From assembly GCA_963575745.1 (NCBI GenBank), contig CAUYUJ010000190.1, positions 1-64,000 of the forward strand: DNA of 64,000 nucleotides, read 5' to 3'. Of the stretch, positions 14,801-27,359 are shown piece after piece. Origin of the DNA: Prorocentrum cordatum (lineage: Eukaryota). Both the position numbers and the translations under genes were made by a program. The notes below the pieces were generated by a model, which was not told the DNA's origin, searched no databases, and saw only the letters and a list, made by a program, of their open reading frames with translations. How positions within the stretch are numbered: the stretch's first letter is position 1; the number at the start of each line of letters is the position of its first letter.

Positions 14801-15800
14801 CGCGCCGACGCGCGCGCGTGCGCTTCGCCCATTGTATTTCCGAGAGATTATTGCGTCGGCGCGCGCGCAAAGGCGTTCGAGCGACGTCGATTCGCGCGCG
14901 CGCAAAGCCCGCGCGGTAGCATTTTCAAACAAAAAGTTGAACAGCTTCTGGTTTTCTAAAAAATTCGCAAGAGCGCGCGTGCATGTTTTTTTTTTTTTGG
15001 TCGGGGGGGGGGCGCTGTGAATCCGTGTTGCGAAACCCAGTGTTTTTTTACATGTTTTGTGCGCGTCCGATTTGGAATTCTCTGCGACGCAGAAGGTTTT
15101 CGACGGATTTCGGCATGCGCGCGCGACGTCGCGCGCGTGCACGTCGTCTCACTTTTGCAAGGGATTCTTGAACGCGGATGAATCTCGATGAACTAGTGTG
15201 CGCGCGTAGTCGTTTTTGGCAGAGGATGGCGGGGGGCGGGGGTGGACACCGGCTCGGCAGGGATGGTAGGGGTTCATATTTTGGATGGGCGATAGGGGCA
15301 GAATCATGTGTAAAATGCAATGCGAAAAAGGGGGCGGTTAATTTCGGGGGCGGGGTAGAGTATAGGAAGTATGATTGAGCAATGATCGCTGGTGAATTGT
15401 CAACCCCGCTGCTCGCGCAATCATCCCGCCCATGCGCCCGCAATTTGGTTTGCAAAACCCATGCGGTGGCGATGGTGGTGGCTGCGCGCCAATGACGATG
15501 ATGGTGCCCACGTGTCGGTGATCAAGGTTTGGGAAGGATTTCGGCAGGCGTGCGCGGCCGACGGGCCCGACTGGTCCGTATGATGTTGCTTTACAGGGGG
15601 CGCGCTTTACAAGCAAGCGTGCAAAGGCGTTCGATGCTTTTCGGCTTGCGTGCGTGAAAGACCCACCCGCTTGGGCGTCTCTGGTGGATTGTTGGAGAAT
15701 CGAAGGGTTTCGTAGGAATTCGCAGGATCGCGGGCGCAATGTTTTTGGATAGTCGTGATTCGAAACCATTGTTTGTTTACGTATGCTTAAATGTCAATAT
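9230..15800 (+). repeat. Old array of ~5 diverged long repeat units, GCGCGC-rich, with an internal (TATGTA)n tract at 11640-11850
   Basis: The motif cccgc..(t)tgg(t/c)ttgca(a/g)aa(c)ccatgcgg.gg.gat recurs at ~9275, ~12240, ~13220, ~14110 and ~15435, each followed by related sequence. Confidence 0.65.
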
Positions 15801-17960
15801 TGAAACCCGCTCGAAACCCAACGTTTTTGGAACACTTTCTGCATGCGATAGCGACGTTGCGCGCATGTGGACTTAGTCGCATATTTCGCGAGGGATTAAT
15901 GAACACGGTTGGTTTTCTATTAACGAATATGCGGGCGTAGAATTGTTTCACGAGGATGAAAGGGGGGGTGGTCGATCCTGGCCTGGCTATGATGGTATGG
16001 ATTTTTATTTCACATGGGCGAAGGGGCAGGATCGTATGTATTCGGTATTCTCTCAGGGGATCCCGATAACCTTGGGGCGGCGGTGGTCGATCCAAAGTTT
16101 TTGTTCAGAACCGAAAGATCTATATGGTGCAATCGGCGTGGCGAAATCAACGACGTGCTATCTATGTGGTGCAATCTATGCGACGCAATGTATGTGGCGC
16201 AACGTATGTGGTGCAGCATCTGTTGTGCAATTTGTGTGGTGCACTTTATGTTGTGCATTCTATATTGCGCAATCTATGCATTTATGCGGTGCGGTTCATC
16301 TAGTGCAATCTAGTTGGTGCACTATACGTGATGCAATCCAACGGCGGCAACGTGCGGCGACAAGGCGGCGACGGTGCCGCCACACTGGCCCAGACGACGG
16401 GCGGCGACGAGGCGGCGACGGGGTGGCGACGGCGACAGCATGGCCGTCAGACCGCTAAACCAGCTTAGTTCAATAGTAATAAGTAACAGCCCTTAAGTAC
16501 AAACTCTATTTGGAGGCTAACGTTTATTCAAGGACCTTCCTCAAGTGTTGGCTCACGGCCTGGGCTGAAACCCAGCTGGCTCAAGGAGCTGGTTCAAGGG
16601 GTGGCTCAACCCCACCGCCGCGAGCGCGCATCGTTTCTCCAGAGGGGTGTGAGCAGCAGAGGCGGGGATTATGCGAAATCCATGATTGCCGTCGGCCATG
16701 CAATGCGAAAGCAGGCGTTCTGGAGCAGCCGCCATTTCTCACCAGTCACCAAACCACCCCAGCTCAACCCGAAGGCCCCAATTTGTCTTCCATTTCCAGT
16801 GTAAGGGGGGGGGGGCGGGGAACATATGGAACAAAAACACATGTGAAGCCTGTACCCCCCCAACCCGAAATTCGGGTCTTCCGGTCGGGTCGGGTTGGGG
16901 TGGGTCGGGTTGGGGTGGTTTGGTATTGCCGCGTCAGCCAGGGATGATTCCGTTTTGCACATGTTGGATTGTCAGTGCGACGAGCCCTCAGTGCCGTCCA
17001 GGGTTGCTGCCACCTCGACCGCGGCGAGCTGCCAGGGCTGTATCGACGCTCCTCGGCGGTTCGGCTGCGGACGGCGGGCTCCTGCTTCTTGGCGGAGGCA
17101 TGCCCTTAGGACGCTTTTGTTCCTCGGGATGCCTTGCAGCAGAGGGTTGTAGCCAGTTGGAGTTTGACAGGGCGACGAGATCTATACACACACATATATA
17201 TATACACGCACGCATATCCACTGCTTCTGGCCAGGCCCATCCTGGGCAGGAGCACTGGAAAAGTATGGATCTCGTCGTCCTTTTCGCCTTTTCGATGGGT
17301 GAAGACTCTGGCTCCATGACGCTGCGCTCTACTAGCGTCGGGCTTGCCAGCGTTCCCGACGACGATGACACCGTTGCGCCGTCGCAGCCGCTGTGCTAAC
17401 AGGAAGGAGGAGGGTACCACTCGTTCGACGTCGTTCGCTTCCCACGTGAGTGCAGCCTCACAGGGGGTCGCCCGCGCCCACGCCGTCGGCCGACCGCCAC
17501 GTGGGCATGGACTTCGGCGGGGGCTAGGGCTCGGCATATGATGAAGAAGACGACGTGTGGAGATCTGTCTGTCACATGGCGAGCCCGGGTGTTGAGAAGT
17601 TACGAGGCAGCCCGAATCGTCCGCTGGAGTGGGCCCTCGTGACGGCTCACTGGACTCAGGAGTGCACCTGCCCACACCATCTGGTTGCGAAGCATCAGAT
17701 CAGGGTTTGCGGATGGCACGGCGCCTACTAGGAGGAGCCTCTCTCTTTGCAGTCGGGCCGATGGTTCGACCAGATTCCCGAGGGTATTGTTGACTTCTGC
17801 CCCTGAGCGCTGCCGCGCTCTGGGCTGCGAATTTGCTGGAGTTCGAATCGTGCGCTGGTGACGATGGCATCGTGCGCCGTGAGCCGGCGGCGCCCTGCGG
17901 CGGGCCCTGGTGGTTCGTTCCGACCCCGCCGCTCTACGGCCGGTGCTTGGGCCGTTCTGC

Positions 17961-18114
17961 TAGGGGGCCACATGCGACCCCTACCCCTACCCCCCACGAT
18001 TTCTGAGGGGGAGGGTGGGGTTCACTTCGCTTTGGAGCTCACGAAGGAAGTGAACCCCACCCTCCCCCTCAGAAATCGTGGGGGGTAGGGGTAGGGGTCG
18101 CATGTGGCCCCCTA
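17961..18114. mobile_element. Palindromic MITE, TA-flanked (Tc1/mariner-type by inference)
   Basis: ~68-bp perfect inverted arms beginning and ending in TA, with a short spacer; further copies at ~32138-32322 and ~32633-32772. Confidence 0.8.
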
Positions 18115-18343
18115 TCTGCGCGAGCCGCCGACGAGCCGCCGCGCTGCTCGCCGATGCCGCCCTCGCCGGCCGCTCCGGCGCGAGCCGCCCGCCGCCGCCA
18201 GCACGCGTCGCGCTGTGGCGGCGCCGCGCGGTGCCCCCTCGGCGGGCCCCCTCTGCGGGCCGTGCAGTTTTCTCCGCCGCGTCTGGCCGTGGTCCAGAGG
18301 CTGGGGCCGCCCCTGGGGCTGCTGGCGGGTCCCCGGTCTCGCT

Positions 18344-18680
18344 CATTGAAGGGGCCCCAGGACACACAAATAAAGACACACAAATAAAAAGATTCCCCAT
18401 ATTTTCTCATTTTTGGGGGTTTTTGTCTTCCCCCCCACTTCCCATATTTTTGCACATTTTCCTGGGAGTCGACGATCAATTGTGTCTGTGTGCTTCTTTC
18501 CCTCCTGACTTATGTCAGGAGGGAAAAAAACACACACAGACACAATTCATCGTCGGTTCCCCAGGAAATACGGGAAGATATGGGAAGAGAGGGGGAAGAC
18601 AGAAACCCAGAAAATGTAGGAAATATGGGGAATCCTGTTATTTGTGGGTGTTTACTTGTATGTCCCAGGGCCCCTTCATT
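18344..18680. mobile_element. ~335-bp imperfect palindrome (foldback MITE)
   Basis: tgaaggggcccc...gggccccttca ends; centre ccctcctgac-ttat-gtcaggaggg at ~18511. Confidence 0.75.
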
Positions 18681-19142
18681 ATGCAACGTGTTCACGCGCG
18701 TGTTCCTCCTCGATTGCGTCGTCCTCGAGCTCACCGCCTTGCCGAGTCTGCTCGTGATAAAGGGTCCAGGTGTGCCGCGTGCGCCCGCGACCTGCGACGC
18801 CTCTGGACTGCACCTCCGTCTCTGGGTGCTGCAGCCGGCGTTGCCCTGCTGCTGCCGCCGTCGGCGCCGTCGTGGCTTCTGTTTCGGTCTTCTCACGTCT
18901 GCTGTGCCTCCTCCGGGGCGCATGCGCCAGCGCATGTGCGCAGTGCGAGTGCGGCATCGCGGCTCCGTCTCACTCGGCGTTGCCCCTCCATATAGGTGCG
19001 CCCGCGCGCGGGGGCCACAATCGAGCATCTGGGAGCCCCATCTGCCTGTCGTCTCGGCGGTGACGCTGTTTCCTCTGTTGTCGTTTGCGTCTTTTCGTCT
19101 TGTCTCTTCGGTCTGTGGCTTCCGCTTCCTTCCTGTGTTTTC

Positions 19143-20541
19143 TCAGCGGCACAGTAACGGGTACCCACTGACGTTTTTTTTTGTTTGTTTTTTTTGTTTT
19201 CTGAATTTTGCCCACAGTTGCCACTTTAGGGCCTCTTTCTGGCATTGCTGCGTTGCCCACATCGGGAAGCGTTGGGTTCGCGGGGCCATTGGCCAAAGTG
19301 CCCGTGAGTGGAGTAATTCATGGGGAAAATTCTGGAGGCCTCTCGCGGCGCGTAATTGTTGTATTATCTAGTCTGCACGTCAGCTCCGTAAGCTATTGGT
19401 CGACGCTCGCGAGGCAATGCTCCGGCGCCAGTCGGACGTAGATCCGACGCAATTCCGATGCTGCCCGACGTGAGCCCGACGTAACTCCGACGTGGATCCG
19501 ACGTAATTCAGTTCTCAAGTTGCCGCGCGGAGCCTCCAGGATTTTTCCGCATAGAGTCCCTGTTGGGGGGGCGCCGATTTTCCTTCCTCCCGCGTCGTTG
19601 TTTTAGCGCTCCTGGGGTCGTCGCTGCTTCTCGCGGCTGGAGGACGACGACTGGGCGGGACGAAGGGGGCGAGGGAGGGGCTCGAAAAACAAGCACTTGC
19701 GCATACATACTTTGGATGGGATATTCTCATGGGGGGGTGGCTAGCCTCCCGACTGAGCTTGCCCAATCCGCCCCCCCCCCGTTCTCCTTCCCCTCCTCAT
19801 CCTCCTCTTTCTCCAACCCCCCCCTCCACCCGTGCCGACAGCACGTGCCCAACCCCCCCAGCGGATTTAATGGGGGGGCGATTATTGTCCCATCCAGAGT
19901 ATTCTATGGGAGGTCCGCGCGGACCTCCCAGAAGTCAAGCTCATATGTTTGTTCCTTTAGAGAAGAAGCGGGGGTCGGCACGATCCAGAGGGGGATGGAA
20001 AGAACGGGGACGAAAACCGACCGCAGCTCCCGCCCACTCTGGGAAGGACTCGCTATCAGTGTCGCCGCAAGCGTTGTCCATTTGGGGTAAGCGTCGCCTG
20101 CCCAGCAGCGGTCGCTGCCTGTGTTGGACAACACGTGCTGCTGGGCATCGCCTCCTTGTTGTCCGTCCCCATCTCGGGCTGGAAGCGGAATGGATGAACA
20201 GCAGGAGAGCGTGGCCAGGCCAGGTGAGGTCAGGTCAGGCAGTCCTCGAAGACTTCTCGGTGAGAAGACAGCCTGGGGGGGGGGTGAAGCACCATAGCTT
20301 CAACCCACAGGGGAATGTGAAGGAGAAAGGGGATTGGCGGCGCGCTGGGGGGGAAGTGAGAGGGGGCATCAGCGCCACTCTAACGGGGACTCCACTAACG
20401 GGTACTTTGGCCAGCGACCCGGCGAACCCAGCCCTCCCCGATGTGGGCCATGCTGCAATGCCAGATAGAGACCCTGAATGGGCAACCTTCGGCAAGTTTC
20501 CAAAGTACGCGTCTGTAAGTACGTGTTACGGTGCCGCTGAG
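19143..20541. mobile_element. ~1.4-kb non-autonomous element with ~150-170-bp diverged terminal inverted repeats
   Basis: 19143-19316 (ctcagcggcac...ggccaaagtgcccgtgagtggagt) is the reverse complement of 20389-20541 (actccactaacgggtactttggcc...gtgccgctgag). Confidence 0.7.
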
Positions 20542-21040
20542 GGTAAGCCTTTGCAGAAGGCGGCGGGAGCTCACAGTCGGGGCGCTGAAGAAGGAGCCCT
20601 CTTCGTTGGGGAGGGGCTCCGTGTTTCCTGACTGTTGCACAGCTTGCCTCGGGTTTTCCCTATGCTTTCGACGGGACATCGAGGTTGAACTTATGGTAGA
20701 AAGGGGCCCATGCCAAGAGACACCCTCCTCCTCCTCCTCCTCCTCCTCCTCCTCCTCCTCCTCCTCCTCCTCCTCCTCCTCCTCCTCCTCCTCCTCCCCC
20801 CTCGTCCTCCCCCTCCTCGCGCGCTTTTGTTTCTCTTCTGCTCCCGACTGGGCACCCGCATCCACACGTGGGGCGCCCCCACTCCACTTGCTTTGCGATG
20901 GAAGGCGTGGCGCTCCCGCACCAAAACCCGAATGGACGTCCTGGGGTCTCAGGGCCGGGTTTCTTGTGGAAGGCTTCTTGTGGACTGGCCTCCGCTGGTT
21001 ACATGGGGGGCGACTGGGAAGGTGCACCTCTTGTGCACCT

Positions 21041-21248
21041 TAGGGTTATGATGATCCAGCCTATTTCAGCCTTGACCACCAGAAAGAATTTCGAGCACCA
21101 GCAGAAATGCCGAAACTCCAGGGTTTTCACGTGTCGGGCTCTGGGAGACACTCGTCCGACACTCTTTCGACACTCTTTCGACACTTCTGGCGCTCGGAAT
21201 TATTTCTGGGATGTGGTCCTTAAGTACGATGGGCGCAACATAACCTTA
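21041..21248. mobile_element. ~210-bp MITE with short TIRs; second copy ~48862-49078
   Basis: Ends tagggttatgatg / caacataacctta; internal (cgacactcttt) repeats shared with 48862-49078. Confidence 0.65.
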
Positions 21249-21654
21249 GGGGGACCTCAGAAGGGGGCCCGACGGGGGCACCAAGGGTGCAGGCCGTTTC
21301 GCCTCCCCCTGCCCCCCCCCCCCCCCGACTTGCGCGGCGCCCGCCAGGGCAGGCCCGCCCCCTCTGCCTTCCCCCCTTGGGCGCGCCGCCGAGAGGGGCA
21401 CGCAGGACGGCGGCGAGCCTGCAGTGGCGGGCGAGCGCAACCGTGGCTCACCGGGGGGCGTGGTTTGGCGACGGGCCCCGTCTCCAGGGGCATCGCGGCT
21501 CCCTGCGGGCCCGCGCGAGGCGGCACCTCGCCGCCTTTTGGGGAGGGCGCCTCCCCCGATGCATGGCTTCGGCGACCGCGCGCCGAGTCCATGGATCGCT
21601 GGTCCGTGTTATGCGCGCCCCCGACGCAAGCAGCCCAGACGCCGCGAGTGGGAG

Positions 21655-21695
21655 GCGAGTGGCACCGCGGCCACATGCACGGCGAGGGCCTGATG
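21655..21695 (+). CDS. MORN-repeat protein exon ((G)EWHRGHMHGEGLM)
   Basis: ag|G acceptor and GA donor at 21696. Fills the MORN register exactly between the flanking exons. Confidence 0.85.
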
Positions 21696-22838
21696 GAGCC
21701 GCCAGCCCGCTCTTCGTTGACAAGCTGAGCGACGGAAGACAACGGGGTACAGGCAACTCGCATAGTATCCAAGACATGATCGCGTCGTGAGCAAAATCAC
21801 GACGGGAGGCTTTTCGCAATTTCCGGCCTCGGGGGGCCTGCGCCGAGCCTCGGGACCGTCAACAAAACGATTCAGGATGAAACACCGGTCCTGGGGAAAC
21901 AGGGTCGGGACTTCCTGGGGCCGCGTACTGAACAAATCAGGGCGGCCCATATTCATTTTAGAAGGAAGAGGATGAGGAGGAGAAGGACGAGGGAGATGGG
22001 ATGAGGGATGATATGAGATCTGTTGCATCGGAAGTATAATCAAATTTGAGGGTCCGACAAGGCAGGAGTGCAGAGCGTTGGGGGTTAGTGCGGAGGGGAG
22101 TGCACGACGTCGCGGGGTCCTCAAGGGGTAGTAAACGCCCCAAGTTTCTGTCTTGGCAGTAAGGGCGGTTAGCCTTCCCAGGGGGTACCCCCTCGCATCC
22201 CTGCCTCCGGGGTCCCTCCTCGGCCGCTTTTCTCGTGGACCGCACCTCGCTTGAAATAACCTCGAGATGGGCCTCCGAGGCCCCTGCAATCCTTGTCGCG
22301 CATCCTTGCTACACGAGACTGCGCCAGCACTCGCGCGCGAGCTTCACGTGCAAGGTCCCGCGCGGGCGCCCTCGTTTCCACTGCGGCATGCCGCGCTGGC
22401 GGCCCGCCTGAGCCTCCGCGTGAGGTCGCCATGCCATCTCGCGGAAGACCCGTCTCTCCCCGTTCCACATTGTCTGTTGCAGTGTGGCCTTCGGAAGGGT
22501 CTTGTGTCCTCTCGCGTGTCCTCCCCAATCAGACTCGATTGTCATCTAATCCGTCGAGGAACCATGCGGGGACAGCGAACGACCACAATCACATCGAGGA
22601 CGCACCCTGGGGATGTCTTGCGCATGCTAACAACTGGTAGAACACCGAAACCAGCTTAGTACTGGTTGTGGTCGAAATGGGCGTCCCAGGACGCCAAATC
22701 GACCACAACCACAACCAAACGGTGTACGTCGAGGTCGTCGGGTTCTCCCCCCGAGGGGCCCTCACCAAAAATCCAATTAGTTGTGGTTGTGGTTCTTTGT
22801 GAGAAGGGGAGGCCCTCTCACAAGGCTCGGAATTCTTT

Positions 22839-23924
22839 ACGCTTCGCGTATCCCCACCAGCCCATCTCACAGCAGCAACTCTTGCGAAGCATGCCGGCAG
22901 TCGTGTTTTTCAGGCGTGTGTCCACTTGGGCCCGCATATCTCCCCTGTTCCTTCTTCCTCCCGCCTCCTTGTACATCCTCCTTGTGGGGGGAGCGGGAGA
23001 AGGACGAGGCGGAGGAGGAGGGAGAGAAAGCGCTCCTCGTGATTTGAGTCGTTTGGGGTTTCTCGTCCTGGTGTGAGTCGTTCGGGCCCTTCTTCCTGGT
23101 GTGAGTCGTTCGGGCTCTTCGTGGTGTGAGTCGTTCGGGCTCTTCGTCCTGGTGTGAGTCGTTCGGGCTTCTCGTGGTGTGAGTTGTTCGGGCCCCTCAT
23201 CCTGGTGTGAGTCGTTCGGGCCCCTCCTCCTGGTGTGACTCGTTCGGGCTCCTCGTGGTGTGAGTCGTTCGGGGCCCGCGTCGTGGTGTGAGTCGTTCGG
23301 GCTCCTCGTGGTGTGAGTAGTTCGGGCGCCTCGTCCTGGTGTGAGTCGTTCGGGCCCCTCCTTGTGGTGTGAGTCGTTCGGCCTCTTCGTGGTGTGAGTC
23401 GTTCGGGCCCCTCGTCCTGGTGTGAGTCGTTCGGGCCCCTCGTGGGGCCTCTTGGGGGCCTCTTGGGGCCTCTTGGGGGCCTCTTGGGGGCCTCTTGGGG
23501 GCCTCTTGGGGGCCTGTTGGGAGCCTCTGGTAGAAGCGCAAATGAGCGCTACCCCCTGAGAAGGACAAAATGAGCCCAACACCTTCGTAAAATCAATGAT
23601 TTTGAGAACAAGGAAGAGGAGCGCTGCCCCCTCAGAAGGCCAAAATGGGGCCGAAACCGTAGTAAAATCAATGATTTTGGCTTCACAGAAGAGGAGAAGG
23701 TTTTTTCGGCGTCCCCCCGTCGGGGGCAGAATCCTCGTGAGGGGTGTCGTTTTTTAGCTTTCCCAGGAGTCGAAATTGACCCCCTGACGACCCGCCGGAC
23801 CCCCTCTCCAGGTCCAGGGGGAGGGGGTAGGGGGAGGGGTAAACCCCTCCCCGAAGGGGAAGAAGGGGGGTTGAGAACAGAGAGAGCTCGCTAAACCACT
23901 CACGCCCAAAGGGCTGGTGGGATT
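22839..23924 (+). mobile_element. Non-autonomous sub-TIR/hairpin element, copy 1
   Basis: Starts acgcttcgcgtatccccaccagccc and ends gggctggtgggatt; hairpin GGGGAGGGGT-AA-ACCCCTCCCC at 23831-23852. Confidence 0.75.
23066..23445. repeat. ~29-32-bp minisatellite (GGTGTGAGTCGTTCGGGCcCCTCGTCCT)n
   Basis: About 13 tandem units. Confidence 0.9.
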
Positions 23925-25485
23925 CCCCCGGCCTTCCGAGAAGTTTCCTGATCTTCCCCCGAAGACAAGAATATTCTCAGATGGCCCGAGGGCTTCTGAG
24001 AAGCTCCGCCACCTGAGAAGTAATTCACCTTCTCACTTCCCCCCCTCGCTCGCCGCCGAGCATAGACCTCGATCGCCCATTCTCGAGCGACGATACCTGT
24101 ATTCCGCACTTTTGGACCACCCCCCAGACCAGCCATGAAAGGGCGGCCGCTTGCCCAGACCCTCTGGAACCCTCCAAGGCAGCTCAGAGCAGACTTCCCC
24201 CCCAAAAAGTGACTCCCCCCCAATGCATCACGCACGAAACCTGGCGTGTATGGCCGCTGCCCCCTGGCCGGGCCCTTGCTGGGCCCGGGCGCTGGGCATC
24301 TGCCCTCCTGGCCAGGCCGGGCTCGCGTTGCGTGTGCACCGCTGCTGGGCTCAGCATGGGCCTGGCCGGTGAGAGCAGCGGCCATGCCTATAGGCTGCGT
24401 CGCCCTGCCCTCGGCGCCGACGGGGGCCCGCTGGCCCCACCCCCCTGTCACAGGAGCGCGCGCGTCCTCGCCACGGGGGGCCTCTCGCCGAGCTGCCGGC
24501 GACGTGCCCCCCTGGTGCCCGCACGCATCGCCTCCTGCCCGGGCTTGCCCCGAGGGGGCCCCTCCCGTAGGGGAGGGGTCGGGACCCTAGGGTCCTCCTG
24601 GCGCAGGCGGGGAGCGCCGGGCCCGAGGGGCGAAAAGCCCCCGCACCCCGGGGGACGCCGCCAAAGTGCGGTTTCCTTCCCCCGGGGGGGGTCGCCAGGT
24701 CCCGTGGCCTCCCCCAGGGCGGTGCTGGTTCCCCCCAGCGATCGCCGCCCTGGGGCGGGACCGGCGGCTCGTCTCTGTCGTGTCGTTCGTCCGTGTCGTG
24801 TCTTCGTGTCGCGTCGTTCGTTTCGTCCCCCTGTCGTGTCGCGTCGCGTCGTGTCGTGGCGGGCCGGGCCCCTGGGGTGGGTGGCGTGGGTTTGGCTAGG
24901 ACTGGCCCCCCCCCCGTTCTGTCGGCTGCCGGGTGTTTCCGGCGCGGCCGTTTCCGGCCGACAGAAGGCGGGGGGGGAGCTGTCCAGCTATTCCCATGCT
25001 GCCCGCTTGCGGGGGGCCCGCTGGCGCCGTGCGCCACCCGCGCCGTGAGCGCCCCGCGGCCGGCCGCGCGCCCGCGCGCGGGCGCCCGCCGGCCGCGGGG
25101 GCGCGCGGCTTTAGTGCTGTGCACCCCCCCTTTCGAGGGCATTCCAATCCAATCCAATCCTCCTGCCCGGGCTTCCCGGAGCCCTCCAAGACAGCTCAGC
25201 TCCCCAGACATCCGCCGACATGATTTTTTCAATCCGCGGCCCCAGAGGTCCCGACCCCTTCCCCGGAAGTGGTTTTTCGCGATCCGATTCGCCGGCCGGG
25301 GCGTCGATCCTGGCTCGCTTCGATCCCGTTCGGTTCGATTCCGTCGTCGGTCCAATTCCGGTCCGATCCGATTCCGTTCCGACTCGATTCGGTCCGTGTG
25401 TCTTGATAATTGCCCCCTCGAAGCTCGAAGCTCGAGGCCGCCTGGTGAAGGAGGAGGAGGAGGAGGAGGAGGAGGAGGAGGAGGA

Positions 25486-25585
25486 NNNNNNNNNNNNNNN
25501 NNNNNNNNNNNNNNNNNNNNNNNNNNNNNNNNNNNNNNNNNNNNNNNNNNNNNNNNNNNNNNNNNNNNNNNNNNNNNNNNNNNNN
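25486..25585. other. Assembly gap (100 N)
   Basis: N run. Confidence 1.
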
Positions 25586-27359
25586 GCGTGCCTCTCCGGG
25601 CACGGCAGAGAGCCACAATCCTAGATCGATGTGTCCCCCCCCCCTCTTATTGCCCTTCCCCCCGTCGCTTCCCCTCCGGGTGGCACCCCGCGCCGGCCCC
25701 CGGGGGAGCCCCCCGCGCGGCTCTCCCCGGCAGCCGTCGTGCGTGCTCTCCGGGCACGGCGGAGAGAGCCCCAAGTGGTCGCAGCGAGAGGCGGCGGACT
25801 CTTCGGGGAGGGCCCCCCCCTCGGGGGAGCACCCGCCGACCTCGGCAGGGAGCGCCTCGGTTTTGGCTGCGGTCGATCTGGCCGTCCCTAGGGCGTCACG
25901 TCGGGCACAGCCAGCACTGCTCTGGACATCGCGGCCTGTGTCCACTCGAGGCAGAAGGCCGCCTGCCCAACAGCGGCCGCTGTTGGTCTGGGGCAACATT
26001 TGCTGTTGGGCATTGTGCCGCTGTTTCCGTGCCCATTTCGGGCGTCCAAAGCTGCAGTCAGCCCGCACAGTGAGGATGGGCAGCCTTCCCAAAAGGGTAC
26101 CCTTTTTATCCTTGCCCCTTCGGCCCATCCTCAGCGACTTTCTCTGGCCAGCCTCGCTCGAGAAGCGCTACCGCGGCACTCCAAGCCCCTTGCATCCTCA
26201 CCGCGCATCCTTATGATACGGGTTTACTGTAAGCTGGTTTTGGTGTTCGAAGAAGTTCTGGCATGCGCAAGACATCCCCCAGGTTGTGTCTTCGATGCGA
26301 TTGTGGTCGCTTGCTGTCCCCGTATTTTTCTTATTTTCATCCAGGTCTTCCAAAATGGGCCAGAGGAGATGGGGCCGGAGGATCCGGCCGCATCGCCGAT
26401 GCATCGGCGATGCGGCTCGATGTGGAGCACAGCTTTCTCCGTGCCGACGGCGCCGATGCATCGCCGACGTCGCCGATGCATCGCCGATGCATTGCCGATG
26501 CACTGGCGATGCGGCGGGATCCTCCGACCCCATCTGATCGGCTGCCATTTTGGTGGCCTCCATCTAACCAGCTGCGTGAGGGATGTTTCGGATCGTCCGC
26601 CGCCCCAGATCGCAGCTGATCCGCGCAGCTTCCAATGTGCCGAGCGGCGAGAGCGTTCGTGAGCCTCGCGTGGACATGAGAATTCACCTGTGCTGATTCT
26701 TCTGGGCCCGTTCCGAAGGGAAAGCGGAGATTGTCCTAGACATGATGGGGTCGTGAAAGAATCACCGCGGATGATTTTTGACAATTTTCGGCCTCCAGGG
26801 GCCCTCGCCAGGCCATGGGCCGTCAAAACCTGACTCGGGATGGAAACCTGTCCCTGGGAAAAGGGTCGAGACCTCTGGGGGCCCCGTTATTGAAAGAAGG
26901 CGGGACGTTGCATGTCGCCCACCTTTGGGCAGCTCTCTGCGACACTTGCAGCCGTCCGCCCCTGCCCCAAGTCGCAACTGCCGCAGAGGAGGAGCAGGAC
27001 TCGACTCCCCGGTGCCGTTCGTTCTGCGCCACTGGCGGGGATGGCCAGCCAGCGTGGAGGGAGTGCGATTTGATAGCGGGGTGGGCGCAGCAGCTGCGCC
27101 GTCATGTCGGTTCAGGAGTCAGCACGTGTGCATGTTAACGGGGGCCGAGCAACATCAAGAGATGAACAGCCACCTGAGCACATATTCTGCGTCTTTTCAG
27201 CAGTCCTGGGCGTCTGCGAAACAGCACTGCCCTGCTTGATTCGTTCCTTAGGCGCATGTAGTGAAAGGGTTCGTTTGCCGGGGTAATTCTTCTGAGGGTC
27301 GTTCTCCTGCCTTGTACAAAAGTCGGGCCAGTTTTTCTCCGAATTGGTTTGGAAAGCCT

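Noticed and set aside
23066..23445. CRISPR-like array of GGTGTGAGTCGTTCGGG repeats
   Set aside because: The intervening parts are only ~10-15 bp and similar to each other, there are no cas genes, and the context is eukaryotic. It is a minisatellite.
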